Shown here: piece by piece, positions 1-12,602 of the stretch | Numbering within the stretch: the first letter of the stretch is position 1 | Layout: every line of letters starts with the position of its first letter | Source: Dudresnaya verticillata | Lineage: Eukaryota | Assembly (NCBI GenBank): GCA_977862235.1 | Contig: OZ374557.1 | Span: 2,294,001 to 2,358,000, forward strand | Direction: 5' to 3' | Length of the DNA stretch: 64,000 nucleotides | Program-made: the position numbers and the translations under genes | Notes under the pieces: model-generated | Seen by the model: the letters and a program-made list of their open reading frames with translations, nothing else | What the model was told of the DNA's origin: nothing | Database searches by the model: none

Positions 1-3000
1 GCGCCAAGGTCGTATGCACCGTTTCGGTAATGTGGGGTACTATCGTGTCCCAAACACCGGTATTGGATTGGGACGCGTATCGGGACAACTACTACACGAC
101 ACCGGCATATCACCGCGCGCTTTACCCGCCATGTCCGCCTCGATGGTGTTGCATGCCGCAAAATTCGGCATGACCCCTGGACTCACGGTCACATAGCTCT
201 TCCCCAGGGGGCTCTACGCCATATTGGTGAGTCGTTGACAAGTGTGCAACCACCTCTGGTATCAGATAATGACCACTCGGGTGTAAAGCCTTGTATGGTG
301 GGGTACTATCCCTGCCTCTCCGGGGCTCACCCCACAGTGGTGTTCTTCCACGTTCCCTCCGCCAGTGGAAAGGGATTTAAACAAATCAAGAGATTTTATT
401 GGCAAGTGGCACGACTATGAAATTACGTTGCATGCCGCGGGCTCTTCGCCGGTGGCGCCAATTCAGCCTCCGTATCCTCCTCTTTTGCCGCGCCATCCTC
501 GGGAATATCCTCACCATATACTCTTGCGGTGATCATCGTTAGCCTCCTACGAGTGTCTGTCATGCGACGATGCAAGGCGCGAATTGTCCGTCGCAAGCGC
601 AGAAGACGCCCTACCCACACTACTGCGGCGTTGATGGCTTCGGTCGCCGACGTTGGTAGTGGCAGAACCGCATCCTTAAACCCTTCGCGGAGTCGCTGCA
701 GTGCAGCCCCATCGACACGTAACTCCGGTTGGGTGTCCTTCTCTTGCTTCAACGTCATGGGGTCCACACGACATGGTGGTCACCAATCCGGACCAGCAGC
801 GGATACGAACATCATGGAGTCACTCGACGCAGGCGACAACAGTTTTGCAGCCTCACTCCGCTTCGGTGCAGCAGCTTCCACGGCAAGCCCAGGCCGAGTG
901 GTCGCCACGGACCCCACTTGGTCGATCACCATCGGAACAGTGTCCTCTTCCACTTCGGAGTCTTCAAACGCCCCAATAGGACCTAACTTAGCGACTGCTG
1001 CAGCCGGAGCCGTCGTAGCTACCGCCACAGCAGGCGTCGCCTTCTCCATACTGGTGTTCTTGCGGATCTCTGGCGCCACCATAGGATTCAGGGGCCCGAT
1101 TGGAGTGGTCATTACGGCCACTGCTGACGTATCCCGCTAGGTCTCCGCCTCGGCTCCTTCAGGAGGAGACTCCGTTACGGTATTCTTGGGAGACGAGGTC
1201 GTGCGGTCGCCCCACGCTTTTCCAGCTTCGACACCCGGAGACTCTCTGGGCACGAGGACCCTAGGGTCCTCGCGCCCCCTCTCGATTTCTTTAACTCCTG
1301 ATGGTGTAATATCGTCAAGGGACGGACTATCCAGTCGCCCCGGTCGCGGATGCACACCGGATGGAGTGCCTCACGCGCGTGATGGCGGAACCTTTTATGG
1401 CCCCTCCGTCATGGGGTAGAACCTCGAGCGGGAGCGCATCGCATGCCAGCTCGATATTTGCTCGTCGATCAACCACACCGGCGGGTCTTCGTTTGAAATG
1501 AAATAGGCCATTCCACATCCGGCGTTGAGCGGTGGCACAGACAGCACCCCTTCTTCATCCCAATGGTAGCCCATGAACCCTGGGGTTCTCTCCCAGGTGG
1601 TGCTTGCGTGGACCGTGGAGAGACGCTCAACACGCGCCAAGGGGTATTCGGTCCCCTCGACCAGCCTGGCTACTCCAACTTGTGTATGAGTGCAACCACC
1701 GTGCCGGGTGTTTTGAAGATGTGCCGGCACTCGTCACCCTCCGGGTCCTTTCTGTTCCGCGGGTAAGCCCTCCAGTCGGTCATTTTTGTATTGGCTCTCA
1801 TGCCCCGGTAGGTGACCTTTAACCACGAGAATAGGACGAACATTGCCCATTCCGCTCGGAGTATCCGCCCAACACGGTCATCAGTGGATGATCGATCGAC
1901 TTCTCTCCGCCTGGGTGTGCAGCTTGCCAGTCACGATGCTGGATGAACCGGTTGGAGAAATACACCACCACCGTCGGAGTTGGTACTGCCATCCAACGGG
2001 TGACTTCATACTCCTCGCACCAATCCGGAGCGGTGCAGTACAGTCGATGATGCGCACCCGGCGGCACCTGAAAACTCGTTTGTGTCCCAGGTATGGAGTA
2101 TCGCCCTGCCAAGGCGGCATACATCTCTCCCCCGCAACCGGAGTCCGTTTTCTTTTGCTGTGTCGTCCGCGCACCGTTGCGGGTTCCCTAACCAGCGGAA
2201 GCCTTGGTCGTACGGCTTTTTGTAGCACAGAACGTCGACACCCACCAGATGGTCTTGTAGTCGATGGGCCATCGCCAACTGTCGACACACCTTATCGGGA
2301 TAACGTTCCTCTTCCTGAAACCTCAACCACACGATGTCGGAACCGGTTGGAGTCCGCACTCTACAATTCGAGTGAATCCACCTGGCTCTCCACATCTCCT
2401 CACGCCGATTCGGGAACCACTTGTTGTTGATTAACGCACTGGATTCTGTGACGGCGCTATAGCGACGCTCCTCAAGGATGTGTCCATAGTTCGCCACGAA
2501 CACCGATACGGGCATGGGGAGACGGACTATATCGCGCTCCTCTTCGGTACGCTGCCACCGGCCGGTGCGGTGATCATATTCCCGACCCGGCCATGTTCCC
2601 TCATCGGTGCAACCCATCGAGTCCGCGTGCCCATGGTAACTCCCTGGCATCCCCGGCGCGTATGGTAGCGAACCCAACAGTAAGCTGCCTGCACTCATGC
2701 GGAGTGGGGGTGAGGTTATTTCACCTCCAACTGGCCCATACTGGGGACCTGGCGCGTACTCCTCGTATCGCCGATGCGGAGTTTCCCGGTGATAGCCCAG
2801 AGACTCCATCGCGGTGTTGCCTTTCGAGGGGCCAGGCCGTTGTGCCTCCGGCCCCATCTGCCGATCCGGAATCGGAGATGGCTTCAGCGGAGCCTCGCCA
2901 CCATCACGCTGTCGCGGTACCCGCGGGCTTACCACACGTGTCGGTAGCTCCAGTGTGGTGCTCGTTGCCGCCACAAACTGCGGTATGGTGTCCGCGGGCC

Positions 3001-3203
3001 CGTCGTTCTCTCTCTCTTCTGCCTCCGGCGCTGGAGCCGCTCCCACCGAAGGTGTACGCCGTGTCGGCTGGAAGGGGCCCCGTGCGCGGTCAGTGTTACC
3101 GCCTGTCATCGCTAGCGGCTCACCGGGTTGAACTTTAACGTTGGTGGATTTGCCAGAGGTGGAGCGAACTGTTGGTGTGAGATCCGGTGTTGGATACACC
3201 TGA
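1..3203 (+). mobile_element. Element E0: 3' internal part of a Ty3/Gypsy LTR retrotransposon (pol lies upstream of the window)
   Basis: Reverse-complement homologue of 50100-53250 in element E5, covering the post-chromodomain spacer and the antisense ORF. Homology ends at ...GGATACACCTGA (~3203). Confidence 0.85.
423..3199 (-). pseudogene. Antisense accessory ORF of E0 (fragmented, unknown function)
   Basis: ORF pieces 2006-3199, 1819-2124, 1395-1730, 1137-1355, 780-1121 and 423-767 are colinear with and highly similar to 50105-52883 (e.g. TAPDWCEEYEVTRWMAVPTPTVVVYFSNRF). AATAAA on the minus strand at 395-400. Confidence 0.85.
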
Positions 3204-3220
3204 AACTATGCAGGGGGTCG

Positions 3221-3667
3221 TGTGTAGCACGGAGTCAGCGCTTTTATTTCCTCGCCATAAATGTATCAAGACCGCGTCGACCGACGGACGGTCGCCTGGA
3301 ACGGCTCATTCGCCGTTGGCGCGAACACGTCATCGACGATTGGCCTACCGACGCGTGATCGCCATACCCCGCACCACGCGCGCCCGACGCGCTGTAAGGC
3401 ACAACGCTGTGGAGCGGGTCTGGATGACGCATCGGGATCAACCCGGTGTAAGGTGCTCGACTGTCAGTCTGGCCCGAATCCCGATTGAAACCGGATCCGA
3501 CATCCGGATCGGACATCGGGATCCGCTGTAATGAAGGCGCGCCTGTAATATTGCCGCCAATTGGGATCGGAATCCGGATCGCCTACAGCGCCGCGCAAGC
3601 GCGTTTCTGTAAGACGCGCACTTGTGGCGGCGTACAGCGGCTGCACCGCCCCAGGATGTGTCAGACG
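3221..3667 (+). repeat. Left part of an older LTR (LTR-X) interrupted by E1, preceded by PPT-like GGGGGTCG
   Basis: Same PPT/TG junction as E1 (AGGGGGTCG|TGT) and a GATCCG-rich block as in the E1 LTRs. Continues after the TSD at 16233. Confidence 0.65.
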
Positions 3668-4541
3668 TGTGGTAGAAGGGGGGTGAGCCCCTTTTTCCCC
3701 TCGGAGCGTACTATTAGACGTCTACCGACGGGCAATCGTAACCGCAGCTGGCGCGCGCGAACACGTCACGGACGGTCGGCTCAACGGCGCACGGACGCAA
3801 CCGCCGCCGGTTATCGCGGCTCACGCACTGTACGCCCGCGCGGCACGCATCCGGATCGCCCATCGGGATCCGGGAGGTGTAAGGAGTGTACTTGTAATGA
3901 TGGCCCATATCCGGATGGGATCTAGATCGGGCATCGGGATCAGATCGGGATGCGCTACAATGTAAGTCGTGCGCCGGTAAGGCATACCCGCGCGCCAGGA
4001 ATACTGGCAGGGATCGGGATCCGAATCCGGATCACCTCTACCAACGCACGCGCACGCCTGTAAGCCATTCCTTACCCGCCGGTGCGCGGCTGCATGGCGA
4101 CGGCGACTTGTCAGACGCACCGGGGCGCGACACGCGTCCCGAGTTCCCGCTCGCCACGCCGCGCCGCCGCAGCCCGCGTCGTAGCGATAGTATACTACGT
4201 AACCCGTCTGGAACGTTTAGTAAATCCCGGCAAGCCAGCCTCGGACCTGAAGGCCCTTCGCTAGTGCGTACTTCCCGTTACCAACGAAGGCAACTGCGCA
4301 GCTCCGCCCAGGCTTCCGCGTCCGGCTACGTCCTTGACGCGTCTCTCTCTCTTTCTCTCTCCTTTCTCCCTCTCTCCCTCTCTCTCCTTTCTGTTACTTT
4401 GTTCCACTTCTGCCGCCCAGGGCGTTTAAACGCCGCCCTCGGCGTGTTATCTACGCTCTTCCACATTCTCGCTACTAGCGCGCTACCCCCGGGTCCGAAC
4501 TACTCGGAGGTGCTACTCGTCGCTAGACGGTTTGCACCACA
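3668..4541 (+). repeat. E1 5' LTR
   Basis: Direct repeat of 15358-16227, roughly 93-96% identical by eye. TG...CA ends. Confidence 0.95.
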
Positions 4542-4543
4542 TC

Positions 4544-4560
4544 TGGTCTCCCGACCTAGA
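4544..4560 (+). promoter_or_regulatory. Primer binding site (probably tRNA-Tyr)
   Basis: TGGTCTCCCGACCTAGA 2 nt after the LTR. Its complement ends ...UCGGGAG-A-CCA (G72, A73 as in eukaryotic tRNA-Tyr). The same motif occurs at 48987-49003 on the minus strand. Confidence 0.75.
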
Positions 4561-4666
4561 ATGGTTCTACGTACAACGAGTTGTACCGTCGCGTGACGTC
4601 CTACAACCCATCGTCTGACGTTGCCGCTAATCTTCCGCTACGTTTCAGCAGATCTACGATTGTATA

Positions 4667-6530
4667 ATGGCCTCTAGACCACCAACAGTCCGAGGCCCAA
4701 GCTCAAGACGACCGTCATCGACGCCTGGAAGCATTCCCGCATCGTAGCTGTCGCACCCACCGATGACACCACGATCGGGGCGCCTCGTGAACCCGGAGAT
4801 CGCGTCGGCCTTCCCGACTACACCCCCAGCCCACGGCCACGCAGGCTCCCACGCGTCACACAACGGAGGAGAGTTACCTCCCCCGCCGATGCGCATCCCT
4901 GTTTTCTTCCGCACCTCAGTCCCAAGGGGATCGGCCCTCCACACCTACAGCTCCTACGTTAACTCGGCTGATACAGTACAAGCCGAGCAAGAGAGCGTTG
5001 TAGACGAAAGACAAGCCGACATCGCCGCGGAACAACCAGAACGTCCGGACCAACCATCCATCCCCATCAAAGACGATCAGGAGCACTCCGCGGAGCGCAA
5101 CATCGATGATGGCCCATTGACACCTGGGGCATGCTGCCCCACCCCCCACGGCAGTGCCGGTTGTTCACCGTCTAAGCCGAAGTCGCCAAGCCAAAGAGCT
5201 GGAAGAACGCCCAACCGGCCAATCCCCGAAAGCCAAACGCCAATGGCATCACCCTCGGCCGTCCGCGTGAGTAACGTAACGATACCACGCGAACAGATCC
5301 GAGAGGGATGCGTCTTGGAAGACGATGCTTTGCTTACTAGGTTCGCCGGTCTGCTGGACGACAGTGTCGGAGGAATAGCAAGTCGTCTATAGACGTTGAA
5401 AGAAGATCGGGACGGTGCCCTACAAGGGCTTCGCTCCGATCTCGACCGTCTATTGACGAGCCAAAACGCAGCCCAGGGTATAGGTACCCAGCCAATGCCG
5501 GCAGTATCGGTCCATTCGCACTCCGAACGTAGCTCACGCGAACGCTTTCAGCGACTGGTGACCCGCGTAGAGCGTCTTGAAACCGCCAAATGGCGCAACA
5601 GTCCACCGTTGGGTGACGAGAGCCCGTGCGAAGACCGTCACAGATGCAAGGATTGGAAGAGACGCCGCCGTAAGCTGCGTCATAGACGGAAGAAGAACCG
5701 TCATCGAAGTGGGGACTCATCCTCGTCCTCTTCGGACTCATCAAGTGATGGAGAGTCATCCGACTCTTCGTCTGAAGACGACGACTTCCCAGCTCTCGGC
5801 AGTGCCGCAAAGCCTCGCGGAAAGCGGTTCAAGGGGTGGAAGGAACTACGCCCCTCCAACCCCCTTTTCGATCAGTTACTATCGTATAGGACTTATCGTC
5901 TCCAAGAGGCAGGGCAGAAACGCTCAGGGCACGACACGGGTACGTTCAAGGACCATATTAAGCTCCTGGCGCTGACCATGAAGGACGCCGCCTTTAACGG
6001 CAGCGACCCCGTCATGGTCCTGTAATGCCTAACGCGATTCACGGATGAAGCAGACACGCTGGAGATGAGCGCAACCGAATCGTTTGTCGCACTGCCGTAC
6101 TTCTTGCGAGGTAAGGCAGCTACGCAATGCAGCTCCGTCAAGTCGATGTGTTCTCGCCATCGCGGCGGGGTGTCCTCGTATCCGGAGGGGGTACAGTACC
6201 TCCTCCGTACGTATGCTACGCCAGTGGCGATGTGAGAAGCTGTCCTCGGCCTACGTTTGACCGTCCAGAAGCAAGGCGAAGACGAGACGAACTATGGGAT
6301 GCGGCTGACTGGGGCACGTATTCGTTGCGGTAACGTTTATCCAGACTGAGAGAATATGAAACTGTACATCGACGGGTTAGACCCGTCGATCAGGTCACTC
6401 GTGGTTCGATTTCGAGAAGAAAGGCCAAGAGCGGAATTGTCATTTGAACGGGGGTCCACTTCGCACAGGACGAAGGGGACGCCAACTGCGCACGACACGG
6501 CAGGGGCGGCAGCGTGTCAACACGACGAGA
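4667..6530 (+). pseudogene. gag: E1 gag (in-frame stops and frameshifts)
   Basis: ATG 4667 is in frame with ORFs 4763-5392 and 5396-6025. LLSYRTYRL...FNGSDP matches E4 gag ALDYRTYRL...FDGTDP. Confidence 0.8.
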
Positions 6531-6599
6531 TTTACTGATACCGGCTCAAGCTGCACGCGCGTCGCGCGCAGCCATCGGCGATGCCCGAGGTGTACTGTG

Positions 6600-9500
6600 T
6601 TCACAGACGAGAGATGCAAAGCCTGGAGCGAGCGCTATGATAGCCGAGTCCTCCGTCGAGCTTTTCTGAGTTTTATTCGCATTGACGACATTCCGTTGGA
6701 AGCGCGATCACGCATCATGGTAAAGAGCCTCCTCTTCATAGCCGACACCAACAACAAGGCGATCCAGACAAGAGGTACCATCGACTTGGTCGTTCGTTTG
6801 GGACGGCGGGTCGTCAAGTTGGAACTGATCGTTTGCGAACGGCTCGCTACGCCGGTTTTACTTGGTTGCGACTTTTGCGACCGCTTTGTCGAAGCGATTT
6901 ATCCCGCGAAGTCGCGAGGTCTAATTGGACGACGGGAATCGTGTCCCTATAACGCGTCGCCCCCTGCGCAGACTCCCGTCGTATCCTCCATTACCAACGG
7001 AACACGAATAGGCAAGCCCGAAGGAAGGACGTCGCCCAAGATACGAGCAACAGAGCGTGCGATCATCCGGCCTAAGGCGCAGCAATGGATATCGGTGAGC
7101 ACCGAACGCCCCGGCGTCAATACTATTCAACCGTTCGGAACACTGTACGACAAAAAAGGTCTGGCCGTTACGAACGGGATCGCTCACATGGAGCCGCTAA
7201 AAGCGTTTTGCATTTTGGTTGCCAACTTCTCCCCCAACCTCAGGCACTGCCCAAAGGCCAAGTTGTCGCGACGGCGTTGCCGCATCCGACAGCATTGTTC
7301 CCCACTCACGTAAGTCTAGCCGATGTTTTGGGCCTCACCGAGGAACAGGCAGAGGAGGAGAAGGCAAACCAAGATTTCCGTTTTCAAACGAACGATGACA
7401 TTACGGCACAGCCGGATACTTTCATGAAGTCTATCAAGGCAACCACTGCCAAGCCTCCGTCCGTAGACGATTTGGACCTGGGACATCTCCCTGGCGAGCA
7501 TCAAGGCCGACGTGAGGAGATGTTACGCAAGTACGCGTCTATGTGGGACGGTTCGTTGGGAGAACGCCCAACCACGGAACACTACATAGACTTGCTTCCC
7601 GGCTCTAGACCGATATCGTCCCCGCCTTACCGAGCGCGGCCGAAGCAGAGACAATTGCTCAAGCGGAAGTGGATCGCATCCTGTGTCAAGGGGTCATCGA
7701 ACCCGCACAATCGACGTGGGCGTCACCAGTGGTCTTTTCCCCAAGAAGGACGGGATCCTCCACTTTTTGCGTAGACTACCGCCGTTTAAACGCAGTAACC
7801 GTACGGGATACGTACCAGTTTGCGCGTATTGTCGAGTTCATTGGCCGTCTAGGGGAGGCAAACGTCTTCAAAACCCTAGACTGTAACCGTCGGTACTCGC
7901 AGGTACCGATCAATCCGCGAGACCGCGAAAAGACTGCTTTCACGGGCCATGCCGGACTGTTCAGCGGTAAGCGTATGCCGTCCGGTCTCACAAACGCACC
8001 CGCTACGTTTCAACGAACGCTGGACATTCTGCTCGCTGGTTAAAAGTGGCGTTCGTGTCTCGTCTACCTCGACGACGTAATAGTCTTCTCAAGCGATATC
8101 GACAGCCATTTCCGTCACGTTGACGAGATCCTATCGACCCTACACCGAGCTGGGGTAACACTGAAGTTGACCAAGTGTGACGTCTTCACCCCGACGGTCA
8201 ACTTTGTGGGTCATTTCATACGTCCAGGACGGCTAGAAGTCGATCGAACTGTCACTGCCGCGCTACGCGAAGCCAAGCATTCACGGGATCAGAAAGAGCT
8301 ACGGAGCTTCCTCGGTCTGTGTAACGTCTACCGACGGTTTGTGTCGCGATACGCGCATGTCGCTGCACCCCTCAACAAGTTGTTGAATAAGGAGCAAGAC
8401 TTCCGGTTGTCACCGTTCGATGAGGTACAAGCCAAGGCATTCAGCACACTCGTCAAGGCTGTGACCAACCCGCCCACCCTGGCGTTACCACAGAAGGGCC
8501 TACTCTACTACGTCGATTGCGACGCTAGCGAGTAATAAATCGGCTGCGCTCTCTTTCAAACGCAGCCCGACGGAGAGCGGAAGCCATCCGGCTTCTGGTG
8601 TCGCTCGCGCACCGCTCCAGAGCGTAACTACTCAGTCTCCGAAAAGGAGTGCCTCGCAGTAGTATGGTCCGTCATGAAATTGCGACCTTACCTCCAAATG
8701 GAGGCATTCACCGTTCATACGGACCATTCCTCGTTAAGGTAGCTGATGGAAATCAGCGACCCCTCTGGACGCTTAATATGGTGGTGCCTTCGCCTTTCTC
8801 AGTTCGACTTCGTCGTGAAATACAAAAAGGGGTACATGAATACTCAGGCAGATGCCCTTTCGCGTCTACAGACGAAGGGGAAACCTTCGAACCCATTGAC
8901 GATGATATACCATGCTATCACGGAAGCTACGTCGAAGACGGGCATCAAACGTCAGAAGACGATCTGTCAGACGCCGAAGTCGAGGTAGGCTTCTCCGAAC
9001 GAGAGGTCGAATAGTTCGAACAAGTGTTGATCAACAACACGCCACCGGCGGATGAGGTAATCCTACGTCAAGTGATGTATGAAGAGTTGGTACACGCTCA
9101 AGGCAATAACCAATACTGTACCGAAATCAGGAAACGTCTGGACGACGGGAGCGCCTTACCGTTCGCAACCGATGAACAGGACCTGTTGGTCCGAGCAATG
9201 GAAGTCCGCCCGCAAGTGGTCGTACCCTCCGTGTTACGCGCTCGCTTACTCCACCTCCGGCACCACGCCAAGTCGGCACATGACAAGTTGGCAGGGCACC
9301 CGGGGGCGTAAGTTGTATCATACGCTTCGACGCGAATATTACTGGCCATAGATGCCAGGTGATTTCTATGCGACCGTCCGGAACTGCGTAACCTGTGCTA
9401 AGAATCGTATATTGCTGCGAAAGAACACCAAGCAATTGAAGTTGTTCCCGGCAATCGAGCCTCTCGAGTTCGTATCGATCGAAACTCTGGGCGAACTCAT

Positions 9501-11050
9501 ACGCACGAAGCGAGGAAACAAATTCCTACTCGTCATTGTGGCCCGCTTCTCGAAGCTGATCCGGACGGTGCCACTACGTAAGATTACGGCATTATAAATC
9601 ACTAATGCGTTTGTACGACATTTGGTCTTCGTGTACGGCCCCCAAGAAACTGTTGTCCGACAACGGACCACAGTTTGTGGCTAAGTTGTTTCAGGATATC
9701 TGCCGTCTTTTGGGAATGGAGAATCTCTTCACCAAGACGTACCACCCGCAATGAAATGGTAGAAAGATTTAATCGAACTATCCTGGCCTTGCTGCGTCAC
9801 TACGTTGCGGATCATCCGAGAGACTGGGACCTGTTCACGGATGCCTTGACATTCGCATACAAAACACAGTTGCATTCGTCTACGCATCTCGCTCCCTTTG
9901 AACTGGTGCTGTCTAAGCCAGCAGGACCACTGTCGTTTGAAACAGAACCGTCACTGTAAAGCATACCCATGGCGGGGCAATACTACACCAAGTGGCGAAC
10001 CTGGCTGACCGCACTGATGGGAACCTCTAAAGCCTCGTTAGAGAAACCTCAAGCACGTTACAAACGAAACTTTGATGCCCGATTAAGGAAATCGAAGGAA
10101 TCAATCGCCGTAGGCGACTTCGTATTCGCACGAAAAGAATAATTCGCCCGAGGCGGGAGCACTGATCGCGCGGAGCGGAAACATAAGTTGGCGCCAGTGA
10201 CGGACGGACCATATCGGGTAACTAACCATGATAACGAGACAGTAACCATCGATAAGGGACGTGAAGAGCGGGAACTTTTGTCCCGAGACCGCGTGGTCTA
10301 GGTGCCTACCCCACCGGGTCAGGCCGCCCCTCCAATCGTCGTGCCATCAGGCCCGCCTGAGGAGCAAGATGCAAACGCCCCCAATTCATAAGACGAGGGG
10401 ACGGCTACCCCAGATACGCCAACAGCGGGCCCGCAGGGTGACGCAGGAACTTCGTGTACTGCGGGAGATCCGCAAGAGCTTACGATTTTAACGTCACGCA
10501 GTCGTGGGTTGGCAGAGCTTTCGCCCTTTACCGCCGACCCCGACGACCGCCCATCGCAATCCGTGTCCGACGACGACAGTACCCCAGGGGTCGGACCCGT
10601 TTGGAACACGTCGCTACGGCACCGCCGATTGATTAAAATGCTTCCGCTGAAAGCGCGTCCGATAACGTAGACCTTCACCATGCAAACACGAAGCAAGGCT
10701 CTGCAAGAGATGGACTCGTCCCAAGACGCAGCAAAACGGTGGCCGCTGAACGAGCGTCCGAGGCCCAAGGCCAGCGCTTTCGGAGATCAACCCGTCGAGT
10801 ACGCTTCGCCGAACCAGCACAGACGCCCATCACGCAACGCGACGAACCGGTAAAGGCGTTGGAAGGGCACAAGTCCAAGCCGATCGCTGTGAGCGGGAAA
10901 GAATACGTTATCGAACGCATCGAGTCGCACGCGTACGCGGATGATGGTGAGATCCTCTACCGCGTCAAGTGGTTTGGATACCCCGCTTTAGCGAACACCT
11001 GAGAGCCAGTCTCCAGTTTGCCGTGATCACACGTCGCACGTTACCACCGC
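6600..11050 (+). pseudogene. pol: E1 pol: protease remnant, RT, RNase H, integrase, chromodomain
   Basis: VLLGCDF (protease C-terminus), [27 protein letters not shown] at ~8062, LRSFLGLCNVYRRFV, DAS, ERFNRT, and EYVIERI...YRVKWFGY chromodomain at ~10900-11040. Many stops and frameshifts. Confidence 0.93.
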
Positions 11051-12602
11051 CGAAAACGCACGCGCCTGCTGCCAAACATCGACAACGCGCAACGCGGCTA
11101 ACCCTAATCCGGAAACACCCCTGGAAGCGAATGGACGGACGATCGCGACCGCGTGCTCGAGTTACGGCCGCGAAAGGCGTGGACGCCCAACCCGTGGCAT
11201 GTGGACGCCGCCGCACCCTCTGTAGCGACGGACACGTGTGCGCATCATGGACGGACGTGGACGCAAGTCGTTGTGTCATAGACAGCCACGCGAACGGGCA
11301 CCTCGCAGCAGCCACCATACAGGTACCCTAGATAGGGGTGTGGTTGACAGTGGATCCAGATCGCAAATCGAGATCCGCCGCCCGTGCACATCGGGTAATA
11401 GGAGCCAAACGTAATTGGACAATGTTTAACTGGCAAACACGGTAGGGTGCGCTGTCCAGCAATCAACACGAGACGAACACAATCATGCCAAATGGCTGAG
11501 CAGGTGCTACGAGCACCAGCGACGACAGGCGCAATTGGCAACGCGCAACAACCGTCTCCAACGTCGAGGCGCCGACTCGCACCGCGGCCACGTTCCTGGC
11601 ACCATCACCCTTCCGGCCACGGCTGCGCACGAAAGCATATCTTCAACGTCTCCGAAGTAACTCTCCAAGAAGGGGCGCACCGACGAACCCACCGGCAAGG
11701 GGGGAGGTGGTTGAAGACGCAGTTGTCGTGGGTTCCGTGCACGATACGCCAACAAATCGCTCAATGACTCCGCCGCTGGCTGCGGACGTCGCGGCCACAG
11801 TCACAGGATGGAGACCATTTCCTACCCCAAAGAGGAACCTTAGAGACGAAAGGAGCAGCCACACCAAGGCGTCGAAGCACCTACCTCACCACCCTCGCTA
11901 TCTTCGCCAATGAAGCCGCACAAAACAATACGCTGTAATAGCGACGACGTGAGGGGCATAGGGGCTCAACCCAGCCCCACCTGCACGCAAACACGCCTAA
12001 GAAGCAGTGCGACACACGCACTACAAGAGCGCTAAGTCAGCGGAACCGGGTCTTCCCGAACAGCGTCTCCTGACTATCAAGACAATAACGTTTCACCACG
12101 AGAATCAAGATGCGCCAATCGCCGCATGTGCAACACGAAGAACAACGCTACTACAGTACAGCGGACAGTACCAACAAAACGCAGCCAAAGCGCAACGCGC
12201 GGCTAAGGCTAATCGCATCAAACGCCAACGCTACTGTAGCGGGAATCAAGAAAACGACGAAAAGTCGAAGTGGAACCAAGGGTTGCACCCTAATACCAAC
12301 GCGAAACGCGACACGGAAAGACGCTGACAATGGCCGACGTTTACTGGGCTAAGCAAATGGGGATAACCCCTCGCCCTCGCTAACGACCACTATAGCTACA
12401 TTAATTGTCAACGAAGAATGGGAATACTCCCGCCCATCTGCCCGAAGAGGAGCCGAAGGGCAACACAATACGCACTCTCGCGTCCGCTATCCGTTTCTGA
12501 AACGACATCAAGATTATTTCGTCGCAGACGAATTAACCGGCACATCCTCAGCAGCGTCCTTGGTGGACTCGCGCAAAGCCTCTTCATAGAGGTCGTCCTC
12601 GG

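Noticed and set aside
3850..4035. GATC arrays as targets of the DPPY methyltransferase
   Set aside because: Specificity cannot be inferred from sequence, and Dam-type GATC enzymes are alpha class. There is no direct link.
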